Origin: Adineta vaga
Taxonomy: Eukaryota; Animalia; Rotifera
Direction: 5' to 3'
Assembly: GCA_021613535.1 (NCBI GenBank)
Contig: CP075497.1
Span: 11,284,001 to 11,348,000 of the forward strand
DNA: 64,000 nucleotides
Shown: one piece after another, positions 14,146 to 28,596 of the stretch
How the letters are laid out: each line of letters begins with the position of its first letter
Position numbering within the stretch: the first letter of the stretch is position 1
Made by a program: the position numbers and the translations under genes
The notes under the pieces: model-generated
The model's input: only the letters and a program-made list of their open reading frames with translations
What the model was told of the DNA's origin: nothing
Databases searched by the model: none

Positions 14146-17100
14146 ATGCGACTCAAGACGAAAGCAGCCAAACGTCGTTCGATACCTTCAACATATCATG
14201 GTAAGTAAGTAAGATGAGCAAAAAATGTGTTAATCGACAGGAACAAATCTTGTTTGATAATAAATTAAGTACACATGTTGTTAATCCTCTCATTTACTGA
14301 AGATAGAAATCACGATTGACAAACATCAACATATCCTCCATTAACATGTGTGATACATTTTCATCTTTGAATTTCATTTTCCAAAAGTGTGAACGACATA
14401 CTCGCTTTTCGTTTCTTCTCTTCTTTTTTTTCAAGAATTATTCAAAACGTGTTACCGAATGCTTTTCTTCTTCATTTTTAAACTGACACATCAAACTTGA
14501 ATTTTAATGGAACCTTTATCTATTGAATAAACATAGCAACTTCATCAGTTCGTTTTTTCTTTATTCTCATACGCTCGAAACAAAAGATGAAATTGTCTCG
14601 AACATAAAACAATATATTTTGTTGGAGGGTAATATGAGTCTTTTGTCAGTCGTTTTATCTCATATACATACTTCACTCAACAGAGCCTATTATCTGTCCG
14701 TGATGATGATAGTTATGATTGAGAAGAAAAAAAATGGACAAATATTGACCTGTGTAGGTGTGTATACTTAAAAAAAAAATTCGAGATGTGCGCACATCGA
14801 AAACTTATCTCTTTTCTTTTTTCTTTACTACATATAAATATATAAATATATATATATATATGTCTGAATATTATCTTCATCCTGCGTATGTTGATTCAGT
14901 TGAGGATTACACACGATCATAAAAAAAGAGAACCCGAGAGAAAGCAGTGTCATATTTACGATATCTATCTATATTTCGACCTCTTCTGAATGAGGTGACA
15001 AGCTCTCAGCATGGATAATCATCGTCTGGAATGAGAGTAGAGAAATGAGACATGATGCCCTGTAGCGATGTCCAATTCTTTTGATTGAGAGAATAAGAGT
15101 CAGAAACGAAACAAAAACAGCAGCAGAAGCAATGCATCCGTTCGGGTGGAATCATCGTGAGAAAAGAACGAACGAACGAACGAACGAATGAAATATGTTG
15201 GCATCTCTCTTTCTTTCTTTTCTCCTTTATACAGGTGAGAGCGAAAGAGAGAGAGAGGGAGAGAAAGCAAATCATAGAAAAGATAAAAATTCATTCGATG
15301 ACAATCTCATGTCATTCACCATCTATCATTTGAATAAGAAAAACGACAGTAAGTTAGTGATTTTCATTTTTGACAGACAATCTTCATCTTTTCCTCAATA
15401 AGATGCACATTTTTGTAGGTAGCAGCCGGGGCACCAAATGTCTGAGACACTCGGTCGGCTCATTATCATTCATATTTTTTCTTGTTGTTAAAAAACGATC
15501 GAGAGATTTTTATTTGATTTCTTTGAATCATAGGTGGACGTATCACTAAAGTGCTCATTGATGGATAATGAGTTCATTTTATCGATGTGTGAAATTTGAT
15601 TTGTATTTTTTCATTTTTAGAATCCTCAAGTGAACGAATGATTATGAAATGTACAAATGTTATTCAACAAGACGATCAAGAATCTGATGACGATAATCAA
15701 GACAGTAAGAAGAAAATCGTTGCTTTTTTTATTATTAAAACACGTGTTTGAACATCGATATGTATTTATTTTAGCGAATGAAATCATGCTAAAGAATGAA
15801 CAAAATGATCATCAACATAGGTAAAATAAACAAAATCATCTTCGCCTTCGGATAGAAATTGTTTTTTTCTCTTCTTAATTAGTGAAATATATTGAATAAG
15901 TAGATAAAAACGAATAGAGAGTGTGATGTTTTAATATACTGAAAAGGCAACTAAAAAGAGAGAGAGAGAGAGAGAACAGAGAGGACTCGAGAAACAAGTG
16001 TGCGTCTTTTTCTTTCACGAGCGATTCATATTTAATCAGTCAAACTTTAATTTTGTGAATGTATGTCGTTCGACAACTTCCGAGCCGAGTAAACAATGGA
16101 GAAAAAAAACTGAGAATGTTTGAATTACATCTGTGTCTTTTTTAGAATGTATGACCGTCCTGACATGATTATCAATGGTACAAACTCAACTAATACTTCG
16201 AATTCAAGTGAAGCAAGTGAATGTGAAAATCGTCTCTATTCATGTCATGATTGTGGAAAAAGTTTCCAAACATCATCTGGTTTAAAACAACATAGAAATA
16301 TTCATTCAAGTGTTAAGCCATGGAAATGTGAAGTAAGAAAATTTGATTTCTTTGAAATTTTTTTAAAAAGAAATTTTCTTCGAACTATTTAGTTCTGTAC
16401 AAAATCTTATACACAATTTTCCAATTTATGCCGTCATAAACGTTCACATGCCAACGCTCGAACACAAATTGAATGTAAAGATTGTGGTCAATCATTTCAA
16501 AGTCATGTTGCATTGAATAAACATCGGTAATTTAGCAACAAAAGAAAAAAAAACTGATTAAGATAAAATTTCTCTTGTTATTGTTCTTGTAGAAGTTCAT
16601 GTAAAGAACGGCATATTTCATCAACAATGGTTCCACCTAATTTAGTTGCACTACTTCCATTTATTGATGCTTCATCGTTATTAAATCGAACAAAAAAAGT
16701 TGAAATATCAGTATCACCTAATGAACCAATTGATTTAACAAAATCATACAAACGTTCTAGACAATCATCGGACGATCAACCAATTGATTACTCGATCATA
16801 CATAAAAGAAATGATTTCAATTCTCAACATATTTCACATGTATTTGGTAATGAAAAACAAGAGAAAAAGTTTAAAAAAGAAGAAGATCAATATTATGAAC
16901 AACAAATCAATGGTGAAGATGATGATGACGAAGAAGAAGAAGAAGATGATGAAGATGAAGATGACGAACATTTAATATCAATGGGAAATAAAAAACTAAA
17001 AGAATTTGATGATCATAGACCATTGACACCAATTTCATCGTCATCAAGTCCTCAAACGATTTCATCGTTGGAAAAAAAAGCCTTTTTATCAACCAATGAT

Positions 17101-18035
17101 TCAACTCTTATTCGAAGCAAAGATCGATATTCTTGTACTTATTGTGCCAAAACATTTCCACGTAGTGCCAATCTTACACGACATCTTCGAACTCATACAG
17201 ATAAGTATTCTAATTACCCGCACTCTTAACAGATTCTTTTTGATTGGAAGAGAAACATTCTATCAATAAGGAAAACTTCTCTCATTGAGATTAGTGAATG
17301 ATACTTAGATTTCATTATGTTTAACATTTGCATGAATGAGTTGTCACAGTTCATTCAAGAAGATGATAGTTTTAAGAGCTAATTATATTGAAATATTCAT
17401 TTCAATGAGATGAAGTGTTCAATAACACCAGCTGATATCGAGAGAATTGTGTCAAATCAGTATGAGATGAATGATCATTTCGTTGCTTCATCATTTCTGA
17501 CAGATGTTCTCAGACTAATCAATAGAAAAATTCTAATCTTTGTTTTTGTTTTTGTTTCTTTTTACGAGAACAACCGTATGTATGCAAATTTTGCAATCGA
17601 AGTTTTTCAATTTCATCCAATTTACAACGACATATACGAAATATTCATAAACGTGAACGACCATTTCGTTGTACACATTGTGATAAATGTTTTGGTCAAC
17701 AAACAAATCTCGATCGACATATGAAAAAGCATTTATCTCAATCATCACCATCTTCATCTTTATTAACACAATATGAACGAAATGCAACAAGTTCATCATC
17801 ACAAATTCCATACCTTTCATCCATATCATTGGCATCATTTCATCCAAATGCCAATGAAAATTTACCACAAAATTCTACTGATGACGAAGATACAAGTGGA
17901 TTATCTGAAGACGATGAAGAAGATGAAGATATTGATGTTGAAGAAGAAGATGAGGAGGATTTAGAAACCAATTCTTTATCAATTGACGGTACGGATGAAA
18001 TAGGCCAACAACAAGCGACATCATCTTCAACATAA
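14146..18035 (+). CDS. MECOM/EVI1-PRDM16/hamlet/EGL-43 family zinc-finger transcription factor (3+3 fingers; no PR domain seen)
   Basis: Exons 14146-14200, 15621-15704, 15775-15820, 16146-16332, 16393-16526, 16593-17200 and 17566-18035 are phase-compatible. Family-diagnostic fingers: [70 protein letters not shown]. CtBP-type motifs PIDLT and PIDYS; acidic tail. The N-terminus [11 protein letters not shown] resembles MRSKGRARKL. Confidence 0.92.
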
Positions 18036-19120
18036 AAAACATTAGTTAAGTTATTATTCTTGTCCATCTAATCACATTCCATGACAATAATTCTCGAATA
18101 TTTTTCTGTGATCTGCCATCAATTCAATTCCTTGTTCAATTGACAATCGTCCTTTTTTTTTCATCTTCCGGTGTGCGCACGATTCGTCTCTTCGTGGAAA
18201 AATCCTCATGATAGAAATCAATGTATATGTGTGTATGTGTCTATCGCGATATTTGTTGCTTTTTGTTTTTTTTTAGTTCGACTGATTATTAACCTCAGGC
18301 CACTATTGACATGTTCGAGAATGATATATCATAAGAATATGATCTGTATAGTTCCGACAGGAAGATACAATGCATGATCTTTGTTTTCTTTTCTTTCTTT
18401 TTTTTCTACGTCTGAAAGTTTTCTTTTCTTCTTTTTTTTTCTCATTTATTCTTACACTGAATATATTTACCGTTGCTTGTTTCTTCGCATATGATAGATG
18501 AATGCGTGTCATTTGATCATTTAAACAGAAGAAAATTTAGTTCGAATGATCCGAACGCTGGAAGAACAAGGATAAGTGGATCGAATCTCGGTAAGAGAGA
18601 AGACAAACGATGATGTTTCATATCTTTCGGGTCTGATACATTTCATGAAAGACAATTTTATAATTATTTGCTGAGTTTGTCATATTTTCTAAAGTTGATC
18701 TCACAAGAAAACTTTATTAAAACACTTTTTATGAATGTCAATGTGAATCGGAGAAAAACAAAATACAGCAAAGTTTTGTCAATTATGACTTAGAATTAAT
18801 AACAATAGTTGCCTTCTAGGTATCGATTTATTATCATTCTTTTAATTATGTGCATTAAATTAAAGAATAACATACGTCATTTGATGTATATACAAAAGAT
18901 ATTTCTGATTCATAGCTATAGTTTAAGGTGAATTTTTTCAATACCACACACGACTTTATATTTTATTATTACAAACGAAATAGAAAAAATTCATTCATTG
19001 TTAAATCAATAAAAACGAATACTATGTATAGAAAGAAAAAAAGAAGAATAAACGTGTTAAAAATAGCTTTTTGCTAGTACGAAATAAGATCAAAGAGCAG
19101 AACTTAATAAATCAATGTTT

Positions 19121-20342
19121 TCAATGACGAACGGATGTATTGTTATATGTTGATAATAATTGCATTAGTTCATCTTGATTAGACAATTGACTTTTAAACT
19201 TTGTCATTAATGATATTAATTCTTTAACAACCACATCTTTTTCTTGTAATGCTTTGTTTTTCTCTTCAATTTTAACAAGCATATCAGAACAATTGCCACA
19301 ATTTGATGTCTAGAATATGAAATCATCATTATAGAATTAGAATATGAACAGTTCACTGAGTTTATATCCATTCAATATGGATACTCATAGACTGAATCAA
19401 TGATTAGAGGGAAAGATGTTTCTTACTCCTTTCTTATTTTGATATTGAAGTAATTTATGTCGTAATGCTTCATATTCATCATGTGTTCGTTTCAATTGTT
19501 TTGTTAATTCTTCGATTTGTTGTTGTCGTTCCCTAGATTTTATTTTTGAAAAATATCGATTTCTAATAATAAAAAGAATCTTCTTACCAAGAATTATCTT
19601 TCAATGATTCACTTATTTGTTTTTTAAGAAACGCAATTTTATCATCGCGAGCTTTCAGTTCCTTTTGATGTTCTTCTCTTATTTGTTGCATTTGTCTTTC
19701 ATACTAAAATTAATTGAAGAAAATTTATGAAGAAAATAACATATCTTTCAAACCCTACATATTCTTTCAATGCTTTTAATTCAGATGCTGAATCTTCTGC
19801 AGACTTTTGTAATGTTTGAAGACGATCGATTTCGTTTTGTAATCGTTCATTTTCATCTTTCAATTGAGTATTTCCTAAACGGAATTCTTCTACTTGTTTT
19901 TGATAATTTGATTCCTAGAAAATAGAATTAAATTACAAAATTAAGATTAATAGACAAGAAAATCTACGCGTTTTTTTAGTTCATCATTTTCTTTGCTTAA
20001 TTCTGTAATACGTTTCTCTTTAGTTTTCATTTGCTTTTGTAATTCAGTAATATCTTTTTCTAATTCTTCAATACGTCGTTTAAGACGACGAATTTCATCT
20101 TCAAGATTGATAATTTTTGCTTTCATTCCATCTGTTTCATCAGATTTATTATTCACTGCTGGTTTGGGTACATTCGTTGCAGCAGGTTTTCGTGGTACAG
20201 GAACGACTACTGACCGTCGTAGGATAGGTTTTTGTGTTTCTTCAGATGAGCGACGTCGTTCGAAAGATTTCGATATTTCTTTTGGTGGAGGAACACGCAT
20301 AAGATTTCCTTGAACTTCTAAATTCGATGGCGATGCCGACAT
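19121..20342 (-). CDS. Multi-exon coiled-coil protein of unknown family
   Basis: ORF 19947-20342 followed by E/K/Q-rich heptad exons bounded by GT-AG; TGA stop at 19121-19123. Confidence 0.65.
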
Positions 20343-21732
20343 GATTTATCTAAAAACAAGACATGCGAACAAATAATTAACGTTGTACTTTTCGAACCTA
20401 GAAGATAATGAAATCTTGCTTTTCTTCCGGTATGAAAATTTACTTTATGTTACTATGATTCGTATTTAAAAGATTTCTTGATTTGAACATTGAGCAATGA
20501 ATAAAAGTTGAAGTTTCTTTTTTTTTTAATGTTATACGTAGAAGAAGAGAAAAAAACAATGAATATACCATTGCAAAAAAATCGATTGCGACATCTAGAA
20601 TATGTTCTTTCAAAGATTTTTCTATGGTTACATTAGTCGATAATGGCAAATGATTTTTTTTTTAAAAATCAAATATTAAACAACATTTTCTTTTTTTGAA
20701 AGAAAAGTTTATCTTTGCCCGTCACTCGTTCATCGAGAACGAGAACAATAGTCTGACTATTCAATGAAATGTCTGTCCTTGAATAAAACTATATAATAGA
20801 TCATTATTTGAATATCAAAATAAAAAGTTCTCGATTGAAAAATACAATACTTCTAAATTGTCTCAAGGTCTAACTGTTCGATTAGAGTCGAGACACTTCG
20901 ATTAAATAATACCATTCTTTTTCTTTTCCGATATTGTTTTATTATTGAAAAAAAATTATAAGCTTTAAAAAACACCATTAAAACGTAATGGAAATTACTT
21001 CAGATTTTCTTTACTAATCGGAAAAGAACTACAGTAATTTTCTAACAAAAGAAACGGAAACGGAAATTATCGAATAGCACGCGAGCGAAAGTAGATCGAG
21101 AAACAATTAAAATATCTTCATTTTTCTTTTCAAAATAATTTAGTCTTGAAATATTTAAGATTGGAAATCAAAAATAATGAAGTAAATCGATCCAATTTGC
21201 TTGTCTTTGACCTTTTTAAGACTATAATCTAACTGCCTGATATTTTTCGTTAGACAAACAAAACGTTTTCTTTTTCAAATCTATTTATTATCATATTAGG
21301 CGACTAAATGTCATCGATTTGTCTTGAAAATGATTTGTTAATATGTTAAAATAAACATAACGACTAATGTTCGATCCTTGATTTTCCTAATAGAACAACC
21401 GTTCGATTATGTCCATCATTCATTAGTCGAGGACAAAGACGGAAGTTTGTCGAGAAAAATCAAAGTATCAATGATGATTGTTTTCTTTCGGATGAGTATT
21501 CATTTCTCGCTTAAGATAGTTTATATAATAGCTTGAAGCAAGTGATGATAAAAATGTCACATATTGTTTTATATGTGATAATTATTACGTGTTGACATAT
21601 TTGTATACAGAAAATATCTTTTTTTCTATCATTTCTTTCTTTTTTTCATGATTATCCAAACAAACACATGCAAACAGGAAAGCGAGAAAAAGAGAAGAGA
21701 GAAGAAACACAATCGATGAGAAAAGATAACTT

Positions 21733-23597
21733 TTAACGTTTTTTTCGTTTAATTTTTTGTCGACGTTGACGAAGAATTTCAGTTACCTCATCGACTGTAG
21801 GTCGACCTTTGGATAAGGAAGTACGACGAATACTTTCGATTTGTTCTAAAACCGAAGCTGTCGGAGAAAATGTTTCATTTGACGAACGTCGACGAGTAGG
21901 TGTTGGTGGTACAAGTAATTTGGGTGTATTACGAAGAGGATCGTCTGTTGTTGTCGCTAGACTAGGAAGAAGCATACTAGTATTTGAAGTAGTGACCATT
22001 GAAGCCATTCCACCACCTAATGCACTAGCCATTTTTGGATCGGACATAACGGGTAGAAAAAGTAATTTGCCTAGACTTAATAAACCCTGATCAGGACCAA
22101 GTGTTGACATCATTTTAGCAAGTCCATCAAGAACGACTGGTTGAGAAGCTTTTCTTTCATAGGAATAAAATAATTCTTCGATGACATGTGTCACAACAAA
22201 ATCTGATGTATTAGTTTCTAATAACCGAAGAACGAATATGCCATCACATTTCAAATAATTTCGAGCGAAATCTAAATGCGAATCATCACGATATAATAAC
22301 GAATCTTCCGGTAAATTTTGAGATGTTTGATGATCAGGCATAGGTTCATCGAAATTCGTCACCGATTTTCGTACATGTCTTATCAAGATTAATTTCAATC
22401 GAGTTGTCACATATTTAATTCGAACTGATCGAATAAATGAATATGACCATGTAAATAATGAAATAAGATTTAAAATAACTATCATTGTATACCAGAAAAA
22501 TAAAAATGTAAATAATTGTTCAAAAAGAAGATTATTTGGTAGAACACATTCAACTGTATATCGATGTGAATTATATAAATGATTAGGTTCACGTACTCTA
22601 AAGAGAAAGAAAGAAAATCTTCATGAATTAATATCTTTGCACATTATTGACTTACTCAAAATCGCATAATGTTACTTTAGGAAAATATTTCGAAAGACCA
22701 CCTTGTTGTTTATACGATTGTTGAAATGATTGATTTTGTATAAGTAAAATTAATTTCTGTAATAATTCTAATCCATAACGATAATATTTTATTCCAAGCA
22801 TTTCATTAAATAATGCTAATTGACCAATTGAATTAATAACATAGAGAATTTTTGTTAATAAATAAACCATCATAAAATAATTGCCTTGAAATTTACCATA
22901 CATACAACAAAAGACAGCTTGAATACGTTTAAGTATACTGATATTACGATTTTCTCTTCCACGTCGAGGATCATCAATAAATTCATCAATGGATGCAATA
23001 ATATAGTTCATAATTTTTCGTCGTTTATCTATTCGATCAATTGATTTATAACTTTTTCCCGCTTCAATTATGTCTTTCAAATCCAAACCACTTCGAGTCA
23101 TTAAAGATTGCCAAATGAGATTTGGAATATAGAACAGTATACTATGAAAACAAAGGAACAATATGAAATGTAAAACCTTTCCTATCTTTCTTACCTAAGG
23201 AAGCACAATATGAATGGTATCCATTGATAATAAAGTAATTGTAAACTTTGTCGTTCAGAGCGTGTACCTGGGATCTTTTGCGTTTGATTAACAAAATAAG
23301 TATTAGTAATATAACAGATATGATTTGTATAATCTTCATAACCAGATGTAAACATAGCTGGTACCCAACCTAAAATAAAGTTTTTAGATTTCGAAATAAA
23401 AAAAGAAAAAGATGAATTGTATTACATTGGATTTGTTTTGAACTGAATTGTCGATTGGTAACAATAGCTGAGAAAACATTGAGTAAAATAACTGTATAAC
23501 GATAATTTAATCGATCAACAAAATCATCTGGATCAGCTTGAGGCGCTTGATTTTGACCGGCAAGACTCGGAATGCCTTTCAATAAGAGAAACGCCAT
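21733..23597 (-). CDS. Innexin (invertebrate gap-junction protein)
   Basis: DDFVDRLNYRYT; IQC/WVPAMF; ICYITNTYF; YYQWIPF; FPKVTLCDF; YTVECVLPNNLFEQLFTFLFFWY; YLKCDGIFVLRLL. Four exons. Confidence 0.96.
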
Positions 23598-26500
23598 ACG
23601 TCAACGTAATCGAACAATTGAACGTCATGATTCCGTCAGCACGTTAAAACGTGTTCGCGTTCTTGCTGAACATAAACCACTTTTACCAATTCGTTTTGTT
23701 CATAAATCTACAAAATTATAAGAATGATTGGAATATCGATCGACTAGTTGAAAAGAGAGAAAATGAAAAAAACATTTATGTCTGTGTATACATAGATATT
23801 AGTCTGATAATCATCATACAACTGATGCTGTTACTCGCATCAGCAAGATCTGCGACTGTAAAACTGGTCGACGAGTCTCTCTCTCTCTCTCTCTCTTTTT
23901 TCATTTATTACAAACAAACGCACAAATGTGTTTCTATAATTGTCGACAATCGTTTGATGACAATTACAATGGAGAAAAAAAATAGAATTAGATTTTTTCT
24001 ATGTATATTTAGAAGAGAGAGAGAGAACGCAAAATCGAAAGACTACTAGAATCATTGGTAACAGCTTGTGTTAGAAAAAGAAAAGAATACGATAGGGAGA
24101 GAGAGAGAGAATGATGACGATATCATCTCCTTTCTAAATAGATGTAACTCGATGCAATATGCTTCTGATCTTTCATCACTTTAATATATATGTCTACATA
24201 TATACATATATATATATGTGTGTAGATAGATAGTCAAGGGATTTCTATAATATCTGATCATTAGTGACTGGATGTCTATCTGTTTGTAAGACACAACGTG
24301 TCGATTAGTACGATTTTACTCACACAAATATGCGTCGACTGACGTGCGTATACACATAAGCACGTTTACTTTCTCCCATTGCAAACTGATATGATGATGA
24401 CATTTCTCATGGGATATAAACGAATGCGGTTTCTTTGTTCAACAAACAACTGTTGATTAGAATGACTTCATATCTACATAGATATTTCCTACAAGATCAT
24501 ATAAATCAAAATTCAACTATCATACCTTAAGACATTAAATTTCACTTTCATTTCCTAATATTCTACTAGATAATCAATCTAAATCGTTTGTACATTCTTA
24601 CTCATTGAGATCATTCTCCCTATATACAAATATGTATTTGTTAACCTGCCTTATTTCTTTTCCTATCAATATCGCATATCCTAGTGATAATGTTCGTGTT
24701 GTTATTTTATAGCATCGTATCTAACTACTTCAAGACATGCCGGTCTCATTGAGTTGAGAAAACATAACACTCTAAGTGGCATTCTTAGTTACAATTCTGT
24801 CTGACATTGTCACAGACAAATACACGTACATAAGATTGGCAAGAGTTTAATCTGTTTTTTTTTCATATATATGATATTACAAATTGTTTTAGTTGAAGAA
24901 CTAATCTCTTAAGGACAAACAAGAGCATTTTTTGACATTGTCTGAAAGAAAGTAAAGTAGAAGAAGATGGAAAACGCATTAAGAAAAGTAAATTATAGTA
25001 TGTGTTACTATTTGATGGATTTCTAATTAAAAGTCAACGACTGTTTGATACCAGTAACGGTGCTTGTTATTAATAGCAATAACAAAATCTAATCGAAGGA
25101 AAAGAAACGAGCAGGAATGTCATCGACAACTGGTTCTGAGCAGGTGACGCATGATTTTCTTGCGTCTTTTTTTTAGTTTGCCGCTTTTCTTTTTCTTCTC
25201 CTTCGTCTTCTTCACTCTTTCTCTTTTCCTTCTTTTTCTTCTCTTTCTTCTTTACAATCTTTTCTATCTAAGTGTCGATTAGAATTATGTCCGTATGTGT
25301 TGGAAGTCGTTCGCATGACTTCCTGTCTCTCATTCATTCTTCCATCATTCTTTGTATATGTGTTCGGCATGCACTGATCGAATCCGGCACGACGCCTTTC
25401 TTCATCTTTTTTTTTCGGGGAAATTGAATAGAGACATAATTATGTTCTATTCTATTTTTATAGACTGATGCGCAAATCTTTCTATCTGTTCGATTGAGAT
25501 CTTAAAGATAAATTTGCTGCACAATCAATTTCTAAACATGCTATTGATTTAAGTTGACTAAATCCCAGCAGTCTTTGAAAAAGAAGGTGTAACACGTCTC
25601 AATCTTTCGTCTATGACACGCAATGGGATGTCTATATCTTGAGGAAAAATAAAGAACTAGTAGAAGAGAAAATAACGGATAAAAAAACACGAAAGAATTG
25701 TTTCTCTTCAGATAGAGATAAAATGAACTTTTTAGTTGACAGTCTAAAGATCGACGGAGATGGAAGAAAACGCCCTTGGGTATAATGTGTTTGTATTAGT
25801 GCCAATAGAACATAGTGAACTAAATATAGATAGAGTGAGAAGCAAGATCATCGTCTTGACAATGAAAAATTCTCGTTCGCGACGGATTTATATGTCTTTA
25901 GCAGAAAAAAAAAGATCTTCAATTAATTACTCATGTAGTTTAATAGAAATAAGGTTGGTTTTCTAAATCATATTTAGAAGAAGAAGAAGAAAAAAGTAAA
26001 CAGATGAGAGATATTAAAAATGTAGAAGAACATTGACTAAATTAGGTTGTTCAATTGACGTAATGCATTTGATGAAATGTGTTACATGCAGAGAGAACGG
26101 AAGTAAAAGAAAACTTGTTTCTGATATAAAACAAGACAAATATTTAATCAATGAATATCTAAATCGAAATTTGAAGATTGATTAAACGATATAATCAATT
26201 ACATACTCAAGTTCTAAGTTGATTATGCATTTCCTCTTATGCTAATCTTTTCATTAATCAAATGGAAGAACATGCAAAAAGAAACACTATGACATAAAGA
26301 AAGAAGTACGCTTGAAGTTATCTCTAAGTTTACGTTGAACTTGTATATGATTTTGTATACAAAAAAGAGAAGAAAAAGAAGATTACACTTACCATATTGA
26401 TATTCTGGTTTGATTTGGATAGAGAAAAAAAAAGAAAAAAAGAAGAAACGAGGAGGGAAGGGTGAGAGACAGAGAGAGAGAGAGAGAGAAAAGAAAGATT

Positions 26501-26651
26501 TATTCATCATCAACATCTATAAACAGAATATTCATAGAAGTGACGAGAAGATATGTTACTTTATATAAATAATTTTGACAATATCAATCTGTTTTGCACA
26601 TTGTTCTTGTATTAGGTGATATATTATGTTTATTCATTGACATTATTTCAA

Positions 26652-27295
26652 TCATGATAGATGAATTTTCTTTTTCTTTCGATCACAATAAATATCGAAA
26701 AGTGTACGAGATTGACGAATATTAAATGAGACATTTTCAAGTAGAGATTTTCTTTGTAGATAAATATCTTTAAATGTTAATAAACGATGTGTACTTTTCC
26801 GAGATGATAAAGATGAATCAACGAATGATTTATGTATAGGAATTGTATTGTTTAATGAAGACATGACACGAGTTATTAAATCTTCAATAAGCAAATAAAG
26901 AAATCATCATTCGAATAGTCAAGATTATATCTTAATCTGATTGACCTACGTGTTGAACTCGTATCTTTATGATTAATTTGTTGATATTTCCACTGATTTC
27001 TTTTAGTTATTGCAATCTTGCGTGAGGATAATTGATTAGAACATTGTTTGTTTTTGAATCGCTTTCTCATTGATTCGAATGACAACGAACAAGACTCATT
27101 TTCATCGATTTGACAATCTTTATTATTATTAATTGTTTGAAAGTTTTCATCAAATGAATCTGATCGAGATTGATTTTGACAAGATTGCTTATCGAAATCT
27201 AATGGCGATAAGTAAGAATCGATTGGAAATTTCGTTTTTCCATCAAGTAAAAAACAATGTTGAGAAAGATATGGGTAATTAGAAGATGGTGACAT
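26652..27295 (-). CDS. Uncharacterised two-exon protein (basic, Ser-rich)
   Basis: ATG at 27295. A 68-nt GT-AG intron (26882-26949, phase 1) joins ORFs 26876-27409 and 26652-26894 in frame. Confidence 0.5.
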
Positions 27296-28596
27296 AGAGA
27301 AAATGAAGAAATAAAAAGAGAACAATTGTTTAAATGAGCGGCAAAAGGAAATAATAAATTTTAGAATTTTGAGATCGATCAAGGTCAAAGCTTTGACGAA
27401 GAAAAACACATTTAGTTTTGTACGAAATAGTTAATCGATCCTGTAGGCAATTTGAAATAACAAATTTTACCGTTAAATAATATTTATCAACGGAAGAATA
27501 AATAAAACAACGAAAAATCATACAATTGTTCGGATAGCATGACTGTGTTATCAATTACAGATATGGCAAAGTAATAATTTTCGAAGCCGAGAAAGAAGGA
27601 GTGGTCTTGTCATTTTGATTACAAAGTTGTTTAGTTTAGTTTAGAAAAGTCAATTGCTGTACTGATTCATCCTCATGATATAATGCATTTACCATCGAAA
27701 AATGACCTTGAGAGATGATTTATCTGTCAATTGATCTTACACATTGTCTATAATGTTTTTTTTATATAATAATATACAATTGAATAAAAGTATTTACGGA
27801 ATGGAAAATGTAAAGGAAAATCTTAAAATTCTATTCGCATGATGAGAAAGAAATCTATCGTTAAAACTAAGAATAGTTTCTAACGTTTAAGATTATAATT
27901 ATCAATAACCTATAATTTCTTGTCAATGTGTTTTGTTTCTGTTTCGAAAGAAAACAAACCTTCTAGGAAGGACATTGGTAAAGATTCCTAATCGGATTAG
28001 ATGATAAAACTTTGTCAATGAGATTCTTTTCTCTTTCTTTCTCTAATTGAGATGTTAATGTAATTAACAATGCATTTAACTATAGATGTCAACAATCATC
28101 TTAGTTTTCCGAATCTAAATAAGATAATAACTCTCATGTCATATGAGTAATTTGTTGAAAGAAAAGAATATTTTTCGGATAGATCATTCAGTTATTTTAT
28201 GATAGTACCCAACGCATAACATAGAATGACCTGAGTAGAATATTTTACACTTTATGAGTATTGTTATTTGTATCAGGGAAAAACAGAATGAAGTAAATGC
28301 CGAAATTTTGACCTATTTTGATTGAAAAATGCTTATCTATATGCTAGTAATCAACTATCTATTGTATTTTTTACATTCGTATTTGAAGAGAAGTATCAAT
28401 GTAGAATACGTAATCACGTTTTAGTTTTACATTCCTTTACATAGTTTAAAAAAAGAACATTTTATTGAAAAGAGAACACTGAGTATCGAAATAAACATTT
28501 ATTAAAAACAAAAAAGTTTACTAGAAATTCTCTGTACAAATGTAAATGTTACAACATTATATGATTGAATATTTAAAAGAAAAAAACAATCATTTC

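Noticed and set aside
11000-15600. Short ORFs at 13062-13991 and 14523-15401
   Set aside because: They derive from GA/GAA/ACGA simple repeats and AT-rich promoter or intron DNA; no domains or consistent splice sites.
17201-17232. U12-type reading of the AT-AC intron (tcttaac near 17224)
   Set aside because: The donor lacks ATATCCT, and this motif is next to the donor rather than the acceptor.
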